A stretch of 64,000 nt of DNA. Source: Nemertoderma westbladi (taxonomy: Eukaryota > Animalia > Xenacoelomorpha). Position numbers and translations under genes: made by a program. The notes beneath the pieces were generated by a model. The model had not been told where the DNA came from, did not search any database, and saw nothing but the letters and a program-made list of their open reading frames with translations. The stretch is from assembly GCA_032718475.1 (NCBI GenBank), contig JAUCBJ010000970.1:8403-72402 (forward strand). The letters run 5' to 3'. This document shows, one piece after another, positions 52,680 to 64,000 of this stretch (positions within the stretch are counted from its first letter, which is position 1; every line of letters begins with the position of its first letter).

Positions 52680-52929
52680 CTTCGACCGTTAGGCCAGCGA
52701 TTATGCACAAAAGTCTGACAACTTATTTCCAGTGCGGATCCCCAGAACTATACTCCCCAGAGGAAACTCCAGTACTCATTTAGCTACCATATAAGGATGC
52801 AAAGCACAGATGCGCCCTGGCGAGACCCTTCAAAGCATTCGAGCCGAAACGAAAACTGCCCTGGCCCCCATGCGGGGATTGAACCCACAACCTCCGATAG
52901 ATATGAATTCAATGCAACCACTACACCAA
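52680..52929 (-). mobile_element. tRNA-derived SINE (family 2)
   Basis: On the minus strand: A box TGGTGTAGTGG, B box GGTTCAATCC, and core GGTAGCTAAATGAGTACTGG. Homologous copy at 56462-56630. Confidence 0.7.
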
Positions 52930-53043
52930 GTTTTGAGAGTTTAGCCGTTTTATTGTCTGTCTGTCTATGTTCTAGAAGCTTCTGAGAATTATACTAACAA
53001 CTACAGTACCAGCCACATTGCCACTTTATTGAATCCGAACACT

Positions 53044-53226
53044 TTACTTCCGTGGTCGTGTTGTTTTCATTTGTATGCGGTTGTGGTGGTAATGTCGTGT
53101 TTCCATTTTGGAAACGGACAAGGGCCGGTATCGCAGCACTGAGATTGGCAAGTGTCGTGCGCTATTGTCAGAGAAAGCTGAGGTAATCGTAATAGGACAG
53201 AAAAGCAAAGAGGCGGGTAGTCGCAT
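53044..53226 (-). CDS. Candidate first exon with a mitochondrial-presequence-like peptide
   Basis: MRLPASLLFCPITITSAFSDNSARHLPISVLRYRPLSVSKMETRHYHHNRIQMKTTRPR is Arg/Ser-rich and acid-poor, sits in a GC-richer island, and ends at donor-like AA|gtaaag (53047). No homology recognised. Confidence 0.25.
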   Translation of the reverse strand: MRLPASLLFCPITITSAFSDNSARHLPISVLRYRPLSVSKMETRHYHHNRIQMKTTRPRK

Positions 53227-53357
53227 ACTTAGCTTCCTTGCGAGTATCTGGCTCAGAATTAAGGTCAAATTAATTTCAAAGGTCATGTCGTCCTTGTATT
53301 TATGGCAGATAGGGGGGGGGGGGGGGGGGGGGGGACTGGACGCAATAAAACTCCATC

Positions 53358-54240
53358 CCTCTCCAGGGGAAATTCGACGCAAATAATAGCTGATTATTCT
53401 CTATAAAACTGTAACGGTAACCTGTTCTATTGTGCTTAGTTTATTGTTTTGGTTAAAATAACGTGCCGCTGTAACCTGCTCCTTTCCCTAAATTGATAAT
53501 TTAACATTGAGGCGGTATATTAATTCGCCAAGGCCAATTCGCCAATATCCACACAGATTGCAAGAAGGATTACTAGACTTGAACTCGCCGATTCCATGAC
53601 TTCGGTAAACTTGTCTACTCGGCTTTTGTATACATTTTGCAACTCCTTATTGTTTGAGGAAATTCTCAAATTCTACGCTTTGGACATTCGAAGCCAGCAT
53701 ACGAAGTGTGCATAGCTGCTAAGTTAAATGTAACACATGAAACAAAAATAACGTTTTACAAAAAAATATGTTTACAACAAAAAAAAACGATTCAAATAAT
53801 TACTATGTCCAGATAACATTTGGTGTGATGTTTACAGTATGAGGCAGCATTACATATTATAGCTGGTATGTATTAAGGACTCCGTATATATAATACAGTT
53901 AGTTAACTAACACAAGATATACAGCACGATCAGGATTCCAACTGTGTGGGTAAATTGTAATCCCCATACACTTTCAGGTCATTGACGCACCTTCCTCTTG
54001 CACTATTAATGTTAATTATAATTATATATTACAAATAGGGGGATTTTGGATCAATGAAACAGGGGGGAAACTCGACGCAAAACCCGCCTCATTGTTAAAT
54101 TCTCAATTTAGGGAACGGAGCAGGTTACAGTGGCACGTTATTTTAACCAAAACAATAAACTCAACACAATTGAACAGGTTACAGTTTTATTTTTGAGAGT
54201 ATTCAGCTGTTATATTTGCGTCGAATTTCTCCTGGAGAGG
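53358..54240. mobile_element. Non-autonomous DNA transposon with ~160-bp TIRs
   Basis: 53358-53516 (CCTCTCCAGGGGAAATTCGACGCAAAT..TGAGGCGG) is inverted at 54084-54240. Related TGTTTTGGTT..TGTAACCTGCTCC fragments recur near 35600, 41030 and 55870. Confidence 0.75.
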
Positions 54241-55581
54241 CAATGTAACTGCACTGTAATTGTGACTCACACCACAAAGTCTCGTTTTATTTAAAAATTC
54301 CACCACTGACTATTATTATTCACATGATTAGTTATGATTTACAATAATTTGGTTGTGACATCAGTTATTAATTTAGGAATAGAATAATTGGTAATTTCTG
54401 GCAAGTTAATTGTGCAAGACAATGATACTTGATGAGATGAATGCATTGTAGGTACCTACAGTACCAATACGTAGCACATCTTCATGTGTACGTACAGACT
54501 GAATATACAGTAGTAGAAAGTCCTAGCCAACTGACAATGGAATTCATAATGAACTACTGTAGACCCATAGCAAAGTTCCAATATACAGTAATTATTAAAC
54601 CTACAATAACACCACGTTAGTTGACATAGATTAGGTAATCGGATTAATACCAGGAAATCAGTTTTCTTAGCTTGATCTAAATATAATCAACGATTTCATA
54701 TACAAACAATTTAAGTAGTAAAGAAGTTTAAAGTTGTAAACAATAAAGTAGTTCTACTGTATAGTGTATATTTTAAGTTATGAATTCATTACATATATAT
54801 AATTTATAATAAAAACATTGAATAACTATTACATCGCCATGACCTACTACAGTATAAACTATAAACCATGACCTACTAAACTAATTATAGTAGTATACCA
54901 TGTACATCATACTGCTTGTTTAACTACAAATACAAAACTACGCAAAGGATTATTTGTTGAAATCTACTCGTAAAACTTTTTGTATTTTTTAGTTGTTTAA
55001 GTCTTTATTCCTTTTTCCTTCTAGTCTTTAAGTCTGTATTCGTTGTTTAAGTGCCATCTATTGGGCATATGCGCTTTGGACGCAAAATAGCGGTGGTGTG
55101 CGACTGGTGCAAGCAATGTCAAATTGATTGCACCATTTGACTTTTATCAAACGTTCAACATTGAAATTGTGACTCACGCGACGTAAATACTGTATAGGAA
55201 TGTTTAATTTTCATATTTCATGTGCCCTCATTTAAGGTTTGTAATATGTAATGGTGTTGGTTAGGAATGTTTCAGGTTGTGTTCCATATTTTATTGAATA
55301 AAATGAAATTTAATTTAATTTCTTCCAATATATAGGCCTACGCGCCTACGGCCAACCGTTAAGTACTGTCAGTTTGTAGATGACCGTTGTGATTGATAAT
55401 ACACATCGATGAGTCATAACAGCATAATAATAATTCAGTAGGCCTAATACAGTAATAGATGGGCCTTACTTACTGACTTTCCATCAGATTGTCAGATATT
55501 TATTTCTGTATTTCAGTATTTGGTAGGCCTACCGGTCAGCCGGCAGGCCGGTAGTATGTACCATACAGCCATAGTACAGCT

Positions 55582-56178
55582 GGGGTGACAGACCGAACGT
55601 AATCAGGATCGAATGTAACATAGTTTTTGCGAATCGAACGTAACCTCAATTATGTTACATTGGATTGGATCCTATAACTATGTTACATTCGATCTACAAA
55701 TTACTAAGCCCGAATGTAACATACATTTATTTCAGTTGTGTTTTGATTTAAGGAGTTAACCGATGAAATGCTTTGTTTATTTACAGGAAGAAACAGTTTG
55801 GTGGTGGTGAGTACAAAACAAAGACCCAATTAAGTAACCTGCAATCTTGTAACATGTGTTAACTTTCGTTTATTGTTTTGGTTCCCCCAACACGCCTCTG
55901 TAACCTGCTCCTTTCTGCATTTAAATAAAAGTAACCTGCATAATCTTGTAACATCTGTTAACTTTCGTATATTGTTTTGGTTCCCCCAACACGCCTCTGT
56001 AGGCCTAACCTGCTCCTTTAAATCTGTAAATGGCAATGTTACATTCGAGCTTAGTAATTTGTAGATCGAATGTAACATAGTTATAGGATCCGATGTAACA
56101 TAATTGCAGTTACAGAGTTACGTTCGATACGAAATAACTATGTTACATTCGATCCTGATTACGTTCGGTCATGTATCC
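55582..56178. mobile_element. MITE with ATGTAAC/GTTACAT subterminal repeats
   Basis: Inverted termini GACCGAACGTAATCAGGATCGAATGTAACATAGT / ACTATGTTACATTCGATCCTGATTACGTTCGGTC, with arms of about 130 bp. Confidence 0.8.
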
Positions 56179-56381
56179 TAGGCCTACCGCACTACCAACT
56201 ACCGCCGTTTAGGGTTAACTCTTCAAATTCCGGACAAATCAAATTCCGGACACCATGGTCAAATTACGGACAAATTTAAATTTCATTGATACAAACTATA
56301 GAATTAATATCTGACTGTGTACAATAGCCTATGGGTATGGGTAATTCCATCCAAATTCGACAAATCGCGGTAGTATGGGGT

Positions 56382-57593
56382 AGGATGGCTAAAACGTCTG
56401 TCCTTATCTGATCCGATCTGACGGTATCTGACACTTGTTCCACCTTGGTTCAGAGCGCACCTTGGAGTAGGCCTAGTGGTTATATTGAATTCACATCTCT
56501 CGGAGGTTGTGGGTTCAACCCCGGCATGGGGCCAAGGTAGTTTTCGTTTCGGCACGAATGTTTTGAAGGGTTTAGCGAGGAATCTCTGCCTTGCATCCTT
56601 AAATGGTAGCTAAATGAGTACTGGACTTTCTGCCTATGTCAGCAGTCAGCATGTGAAGTTTCCCCGGTATTCCCCTTAAACCCGGGGGGGTCAATATAAT
56701 AGGCCTACCTCGGCTACCTCCCTGCCTCCCGCTCTGAAACTAACGATACTGACTATCAGACTATAAAGACTACCGTAACTAAAAGGAATTCAAATAAATT
56801 AGCTAGAAATTTTAAATTTGTTTTTAGCGGCTGGTGCCAAAATTTGACAGTAACAATAGTGTAATAACAGTGTTTATTAATTCCCACATTCCCATCCACC
56901 TTCCACCTTCCCATATTCTTTTATCGTCTGGGTATAAACTCCACTTTATCAGCTGGCAATAGGGGGCATGTTAAGTGTTTCGTCATATACACAAGTACAC
57001 ACAGTAGGCCTAGAGAGATACCCCTTCCTGCCTTCCCTTTAGCTGTTTAGCGTAACAAACAAACAATAAATATTTTAAATGTAATATATTAATAAGTATC
57101 ATTACCGTACTTAATTAATAATATTAATTATAATTAATATAATTAACTTTAACTATTAATAATGATAACTATTAACAAGAAAGATTTACGAAAAAAATAT
57201 TGCAGCAAATGCTGTATTGTTTTTAATAAAAGTTTAATGTTTCAACACCAACTAAATCTACGAAAGTTGTTTACATCTGAAACTATCCTGCTATCTTTGC
57301 TGGGACAATCACACAACTTTCATACCCGCCATCCTTCATCCTACTGTATATCGCATTTTTAATATATAATAACATGCCTTTGTGCATTAGATGCATACCG
57401 GTATGCCTGTACTTGCTACTTCATATGATGATACTGATACGTAACAGGCAACCTGAAACGTGATCCCCTATTCAGCTATTGGCTATTTACCTAACAGACA
57501 GTTAGGTAAATATTATATCTCTTTCTCCTGATTGGTTATAGAATCAGATGCTGTCAGATCAGATCAGATAAGGACAGACGTTTTATTCTACCT
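56382..57593. mobile_element. DNA element nested in the left arm of the foldback transposon
   Basis: TIR TAAAACGTCTGTCCTTATCTGATC / GATCAGATAAGGACAGACGTTTTA. GTATGGGGT is duplicated on both sides (about a 9-bp TSD, Mutator-like). Confidence 0.7.
56462..56630 (+). mobile_element. tRNA-derived SINE (family 2), 3'-truncated
   Basis: A-box-like CTAGTGGTT, B box GGTTCAACCCC and GGTAGCTAAATGAGTACTGG. Homologous to 52680-52929. Confidence 0.7.
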
Positions 57594-60500
57594 CGGTATG
57601 GGGTCATCGATTTCGCTTATTTTGGATATATGGTCGGAAATGGTATATAAACAGATAAAATGACATCTGATGAAATATTTCTGATGATGGTGTATTGGTT
57701 TTCGAGATATTGCAGTTCAAAGTTTGCGATTTATTCGAACATATCCCCAATTAAACCTACAGAAAATCTTTCTGACTAGTGGGTGGAGTGTCATTTTATG
57801 TTTATTGTACACATAAATAGGTCTCATATTAAAACCATGAATAAATACCACCCACTTGTCAGACCAACTTTTCTATGTGGCCAAAGATTGGACTTTTCGA
57901 CAAATTTTGTCTTTTTGAGGCTTGAGTTAGAGTGGTCTGATTAGTGGGTAGCCCAAAACATTTAGTAAATAGTTAGATATACCAAAGGGGGGTTCTGTGG
58001 TACAATTTTCATGTACCACCAGCAAGTCAGACTTCCATACCATCATCTGGAAAATTGAAACTTTCCAAAATTGCCATACTTCGGAACATCACTGCAAGCG
58101 TCTGATAAAAGATGGCTGCTTGAAATGAATCATGAGTAGTAACATGGATAAGGGAAACGTGCATGACAAGTTTCGGATCCCACCCATGTCTTCTTCAGTA
58201 TATATTATTCAATTTAAAAGTTCAATTTTCAAATTTAATCGTCAGATTAAATACTTTGGAACCAATATCTGCGTACGAGGTTGCTCTCATAACCAGCACA
58301 CATTAAGTATTTAAATGTATTAGACACAATAAAGACTGTTTTTTTCACCACCCACTTGTGACTTGTCAGATATTTTATGTGTAACAAACAAAGGTAAATA
58401 ATTTTCACATATTATTGACTAATTTCAATACCCAACAGCCCAATGAATTAGATACCTTCCGATACTATTAATTATGAATATGATATCATAATAGAAAGAA
58501 AAGCTGTTGAAGAGCAAAGTTTTGCCAGGATAATTTGCTCGTAAATGTGACAATTAATTATTATATTTATTTAAATTCATTCACATGCATGCATATTACT
58601 ACAATACTAAGTGCCATACATATTTAATTGACTGTGCTGTTGCAGTGTACTTCTAATGCCCATTATTTAATGTTGTCTTGTAAGACTTAGCAAACTCAGG
58701 AGCATTTAGCCCTTTAGCGAGATACCAACTGACCAAGGCAATACATTAGACCATAGACACTAGGGCAATAAATTATCACCAGCCCCCCCCCCCCCCCCCA
58801 CACCCTCTCTCTCAGACTTTCCTATTCAGCTTTCTCTATTGTAAGTCATTGACATAAAAATTAATTGATGCATATTAAATTCTTTTATATGGGTATCTGA
58901 CAGTCTGATGATGATATAACGAGCCACTCCACCAAGATGAACCTCCGGTTTCAAGAAGTGGTGACACGTGTGGCAGGTACGCGGTCATGCCATAGATATG
59001 ATATTACATTACTGCTGATGGGAAGCTGGAATGCTGTACTTTATCATCTTCTACAACGAAGAAAGTAAAGGCAGTTCACGCAAGGTTGATGTTGTCCCTT
59101 GTGTTGATGTTCCTACTGGTCAGACAGATGAGGATGAGAATATCTGCTACAAGTGTAAAAAACTTTGGGCCAGTGATACAAAAAAAAAATCAGAAGATTT
59201 GGGTGGTGTGCGATGTGTGCGATAAATACAAAATATTGGTCATGCACCAGCTGCCTGCCAGTTAATTTCGATTACGATGCAGAATTTGTCTGCGATGACT
59301 GACCAGTGACCACTGTTCATAAAGGAATTGCATGATCTACAATACAGCTATACTCAATATTTGATCTATTATTTTTTCTACCATAATAACTATATTAGTT
59401 ATCACTGACTTGACTCATCATAATGAACATACTGTATTACGTTCCATTCCCTGCTGCCCTTGGCCGGGATTAGGGAATTATATAGATGAACTTCAAACAG
59501 CTTTTCTTTCTATTATGATATAATAATTAATAGTATCAGAAGGTATATAACTCATTGGGTATTGAAATTAGTCAATAATATGTTAAAATTATTTACCTTC
59601 TACAACCGTCTGACCTTAGAGGACATTTACCGGTACAGCCTGTAGACCTAGGCAGTACTGCAGTAGGCCTACCCGGTACATAATTTAATGATAGCATTAT
59701 TATGTTGTAAATGTCCTAACATAAAAAATTTAAATTAGTCAATAATATGTGAAAGTTATTTACTTTTGTTTGTTACACATAAAATATCTGACAAGTGGGT
59801 GGTGAAAAAAACAGCCTTTATTGTGTCTAAAACATTTAAATACTTGATGTGTGCTGGTTATGAGAGCAACCTCGTTTAAGCAGACCTTCTTGGTTCTAAA
59901 GTATTTAATCTGACGATTAATTTTGAAAATTGGAATTTTAAATTGAATAATATATACTAAAGAAGGCATGGGTGGGATCCAATACTTGTCATGCATGTTT
60001 CCCTTATCCATGTTACTACTCATGATTCATTTCAAGCACCCATATTTTATCAGACGCTTGCAGGTTGCAGTGATGTTCCGAAGTTTGGCAATTTTGGAAA
60101 GCTTTGCTTTTTCTGGTGGTGGTTTTGCTGGTGGTACAGGTACATGAAAATTGTACCACAGAACCCCCCTTTGGTATATCTAACTATTTACTAAATGTTT
60201 TGGGCTACCCACTAATCAGCTAATCAGACCACACTAACTCAAGCCTCAAAAAGACAAAATTTGTCAAAAAGTCCAATCTTTGGCCACATATAAGAGTTGG
60301 TCTGACAAGTGGGTGGTATTTATTCATGGTTTTAATGTGTATGAGACCTATTTATGTGTACAATAAACATAAAACGACACTCCACCCACTAGTCAGAAAG
60401 ATTTTCTGTAGGTTTCATTGGGGATATGTTCGAATAAATCGCAAACTTTGAACTGCAATATCTCGAAAACCAATACACCATCATCAGAAATATTTCATCA

Positions 60501-60865
60501 GGTGTCATTTTATACCATTTCCGACCATATATCCAAAAATAAACGAAATCGATGACCCCATGCCACCGCGATTTGTCGAATTTGGATGGATTACCCTTAC
60601 CCGTCCGTATTCCAGTATTCCTTAATTAACCTTAGATTGCCGTACCGGTACCTGCCTTTTAAGTAACTAATATAATATTTGTATTATGTATTTATAACAC
60701 ATTGCGTATGGTAATGGTATACATTATTATTTAAGTACCAATTTCACGATCACGTTGATCTGATAACAATATGTGATGATAGCGATGTCGAAGTTGGCTT
60801 CTCCATTATAGAGTACCCGTAACTTAGCGGTACAGTGATACGGGGTTGTTTGTTTGTGATTAAAA

Positions 60866-63307
60866 ATGGATGGTCGGCAGGTTTTCGTTTCCTCCGTAGA
60901 CGAACGACGGAGGCCCTTCATGTTGAATCACATCCAACCCAAGCTAACGGCCTCGGAACTACTGGACCTCGTCGCCTCTCATCTATCCCTCAAAGAAAAG
61001 GAGTTCTTCGGGCTCTGCTACCTAGACGAATCCGGATGTACCTGCTGGCTCGCCCCCGAGAAGAAGGTTCTCGATCAGAACCCGCCGCGCAACAAGGCAG
61101 GCGCCATTCACCTCCAGATACAAGTTAAATTCGTCGAGAGTATAATTTTCTTACGCGATAACGTTGCTGTAGAGTTATTCTACGAACAAGCTAAAAGTCT
61201 TCTATTCGCGGGTGTTATCGAGGGTTCTAGCGACGTTATATTTGAATTAGCCGCGTATACCCTGCAGATATACTACGGGGATTACCTCACGGACGAGCAG
61301 GCCAGAGAGAAATTAAAAAAGCTGCCCGTTATCCCAACTTCGATCCTTCGACTGCACCCGTCGCTGCCTTACTGCGAAGGTTGCATTCTAGAACACTACC
61401 GTAGTTGCGCTGGATACACTAAAGGGGATGCGATAGTTCGATACATGAGTATCATAGAGACACTGCCGACCTACGGGAAACATTACTTCGAGGTCAAGAA
61501 TAAAGCGGGTATTCCTTGGTGGTTGGGGTTCAGTCGGGAGGGGATAGGGCAGTACGACCACGCAGACAGGGGGACCCCGCGGGAGTTCTACCCGTGGACG
61601 CAGCTCGAGAACTTGTATTACAAAGATCGCAAACTCTGCGTGGAGGTTCGGAATCCACATTGCAGGAAACCGCCGCACTCTCTCAGCGCCAACTCCATAT
61701 ACCAAGCTGCGATGAACGATGAGTACGCGGACGGGATTGTAGAGGCGTTACTTAGCGACCCCAGCACCCAGGTCTCTACGAGACGACGCGCCATGGGGTC
61801 CTGTCGAACCGTCACCTTCATGTGGTACAGCCAGCCCTCGGTCGTTAAGGCGATGTGGCTGATGGCCGTGACGCAGCACAAGTACTACCTGGATCGTAAG
61901 ACTGTCCGTAAGCTTCCGATCGCGCGGAGTCGCAGCGCTATCGCGTTGGAACTTTGCGGGAGCGAAGGCAGCATCGGTAGTCGGACAAACTCGTTCGACA
62001 GTCGGACGAACTCGTTCGCCGCGTCGGATAGTAATAGTTTGGGTTCGTTGCCGGGTGTCAGCGATACCAGCAGTATCGCGGCTCGCAAAGAGATTTGCGA
62101 GATGTTGCGCGGCCGTAACGAGAGGCTCAAAGACCTCCTCCTCGATAAGTACCTCGAGCTGCGGGCTGTCTGTATCAGCGAGGCCGAGGTGACAGGCTGT
62201 CTCCCGGACGAGTTTCCGGACATCCCGGGACTCCCGTTGCCGCAGATTAAGCGACGGATCGCCACCGGTTTCGTTCTTCCGGAGATTGTCGTCTGCGCGC
62301 GCGAACAAACCGCCAATCGGAACTCGGAACTGTCAGTGATCGAGGGCGAATACGCCCTGCAGCATCAGATAGTCTGCGCCTCGGCAAAACTAGCGAGGGA
62401 GACAGTGAAGAACAGGAAAGTTCGCAAGTCCAGACAGCGGCAGTACCAACTGTCCTTCGCCAAGTTGAAAGAGATTGAGAGATCCTTGAAACTGTTGCGC
62501 CTCGGTAACAATTCTCCCGATCGGCCAGTAACTTACGCCGGTGAATCAGACGGCGGAACGTTGTTGGCGGATCGGCGTTCCTTGCCGCGTTCCTCTAGTT
62601 CCCCGCCCGCGCTCCGTATCCCACCCATCGACCTGCCCTACCCCCCGCCACACTCCCCGTTGGACCTCCGTTACTCCAACCACGCCGTCTCCACCTCCCA
62701 CATCCACTCCCGTCACTCCACCAACTACCCCCAGTCCTCCCGCGCCCAGAGCGCTCTCCATATTGACTCCCCTCCGTACCGAAGTAGCGGCTCTCTCAAT
62801 CGGGAGAGTCTAGAGGACGATGACTCCCTTATAGAGGAGCTTTCCCACGTCAGTTTGTCTACCCCCAACACCCCGTTGTTGCAACGCGCGGACCTGCAGA
62901 CCGCCACCCTGGCCTCACCGAGTTATTCTGGGTACAAAGCGAATCCGACATTCCAAACTCGTTACCGATCCCAACGCTACCCCACCCTCAACTCGTACTC
63001 CCGTAGCTCCGGCCGGAACCGGTTCAAAGTCCTCGACTTCGGGGAGGCTGAGGCCTCAAGTATCCCGAGCTCGACGTCGCAGGCCTTCCGACACGATCCC
63101 TCGAGTCACGGGAAGCCGTCGGCTCACTCGTCGGCGGATTCCGGGGTTCAGTGTAGCTCGGGGTCCTGGCGCAGCTCGCTGGACCGACACGGCTCGGTCG
63201 CGTCCAGCTCCGGGAGCAGCGGTCTGCTCGCCTGCGCTCTCTGCTACATGGGGGACTCCCTTACCGAGGGTTGTAGACAACCCGCCGGGGATAAGTCCTT
63301 AGCGTAG
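60866..63307 (+). CDS. FRMD4: Intronless FERM domain-containing protein 4 (FRMD4A/B-like), 813 aa
   Basis: QPKLTASELLDLVASHLSLKEKEFFGL and LPTYGKHYFEVKNKAGIPWWLG match the FRMD4 FERM domain. LELRAVCISEAEVTGCLPDEFP..IKRRIATGF matches the CUPID coiled-coil. Ser-rich tail. Confidence 0.93.
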   Translation: MDGRQVFVSSVDERRRPFMLNHIQPKLTASELLDLVASHLSLKEKEFFGLCYLDESGCTCWLAPEKKVLDQNPPRNKAGAIHLQIQVKFVESIIFLRDNVAVELFYEQAKSLLFAGVIEGSSDVIFELAAYTLQIYYGDYLTDEQAREKLKKLPVIPTSILRLHPSLPYCEGCILEHYRSCAGYTKGDAIVRYMSIIETLPTYGKHYFEVKNKAGIPWWLGFSREGIGQYDHADRGTPREFYPWTQLENLYYKDRKLCVEVRNPHCRKPPHSLSANSIYQAAMNDEYADGIVEALLSDPSTQVSTRRRAMGSCRTVTFMWYSQPSVVKAMWLMAVTQHKYYLDRKTVRKLPIARSRSAIALELCGSEGSIGSRTNSFDSRTNSFAASDSNSLGSLPGVSDTSSIAARKEICEMLRGRNERLKDLLLDKYLELRAVCISEAEVTGCLPDEFPDIPGLPLPQIKRRIATGFVLPEIVVCAREQTANRNSELSVIEGEYALQHQIVCASAKLARETVKNRKVRKSRQRQYQLSFAKLKEIERSLKLLRLGNNSPDRPVTYAGESDGGTLLADRRSLPRSSSSPPALRIPPIDLPYPPPHSPLDLRYSNHAVSTSHIHSRHSTNYPQSSRAQSALHIDSPPYRSSGSLNRESLEDDDSLIEELSHVSLSTPNTPLLQRADLQTATLASPSYSGYKANPTFQTRYRSQRYPTLNSYSRSSGRNRFKVLDFGEAEASSIPSSTSQAFRHDPSSHGKPSAHSSADSGVQCSSGSWRSSLDRHGSVASSSGSSGLLACALCYMGDSLTEGCRQPAGDKSLA

Positions 63308-64000
63308 TTCTTTCTATAAGCTGCTACTGGTGGTTTCGACATCGCTATCTAATTTGCGGGAAAGTTTTCAAGCTCTTTGTTGAAAAGATTGTCTTTCTTT
63401 TAAATTTTTGGTTCCGATTATTTCCTCGCATAGATCGCATGGTCACTGCGAAGTATATCGATCTCTGACTAACATTATTTAATTATTAATTTCTTTACCT
63501 CACTATATATTGCTTAAAATATCGTTACCAATTCATATATATTTCGTCTCTGAAATATGAATTATCCTGAACGCGATTATCTTAAATGTAAGTGTAGACC
63601 GTCATAGCGACTGCTGTAAGCCATATGAGCCACCATATTTTTGCCTTATTCTTATTCAGTTTTATTATTTATACTCGACTGAGACTTTATTTGTTGCTTT
63701 CTGTACCTTTAAATGCCGTAATAACTTGGTGAATTTAAAGATGCCCTTCCATTGTTAATATAATTTTTTATATTATGTGGTATAAATATAATTTCCATGG
63801 CTGATAGCAGCCGTGTAGTGTTGTGAATCTTTCTGTACTGTGATTGTCACCACCGTTGTAACAATCAATCGTAACATTTATCTGCTTAACTTTTTTGACG
63901 TTACATTTGTTAATTTATCAATGCAACACTTATAACGAATTATAAGTACTAAGTACTCCTATTGTTGCCTCTTTTGTTTGCCAAAATTCGCAATATTTCA

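Larger units (their letters stand above)
56333..60602. mobile_element. Large foldback DNA transposon with ~1-kb TIRs and an internal PHD-finger remnant
   Basis: Termini GGGTATGGGTAATTCCATCCAAATTCGACAAATCGCGGT / ACCGCGATTTGTCGAATTTGGATGGATTACCCTTACCC. 57596-58510 is inverted at about 59490-60560. The centre (59130-59302, frameshifted) reads approximately ICYKCKK..DWVVCDVCDK..CTSC..FVCDD. Confidence 0.8.

Overview
This is AT-rich eukaryotic (animal, probably invertebrate) genomic DNA with no prokaryotic features. The main gene is a + strand ZZEF1 orthologue. Four exons (8374-8538, 8988-9516, 32133-32331, 34349-34557) splice in frame through GT-AG introns into an N-terminal MGN start, EF-hand region and APC10/DOC domain. 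Its 22.6-kb second intron is mostly a 40/41-bp satellite whose unit is the intron-2/exon-3 junction itself (acceptor AG plus the first 17 coding nt), so the true exon follows many decoy acceptors. After exon 4 I found no further ZZEF1 exon in the remaining ~29 kb. That stretch holds two complete intronless same-strand genes (F-box/LRR, LRRC29-like; FRMD4-like) and several orphan first-exon candidates, suggesting nested or interleaved genes. Two other minisatellites also abut candidate splice sites. The rest is hAT and PIF/Harbinger MITEs, foldback elements, tRNA-derived SINEs, RTE and L2/CR1 LINE fragments, Helentron-like elements, and a frameshifted zinc-knuckle ORF cassette between direct repeats. 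All homology calls come from my recollection of protein and element families, not from database searches.
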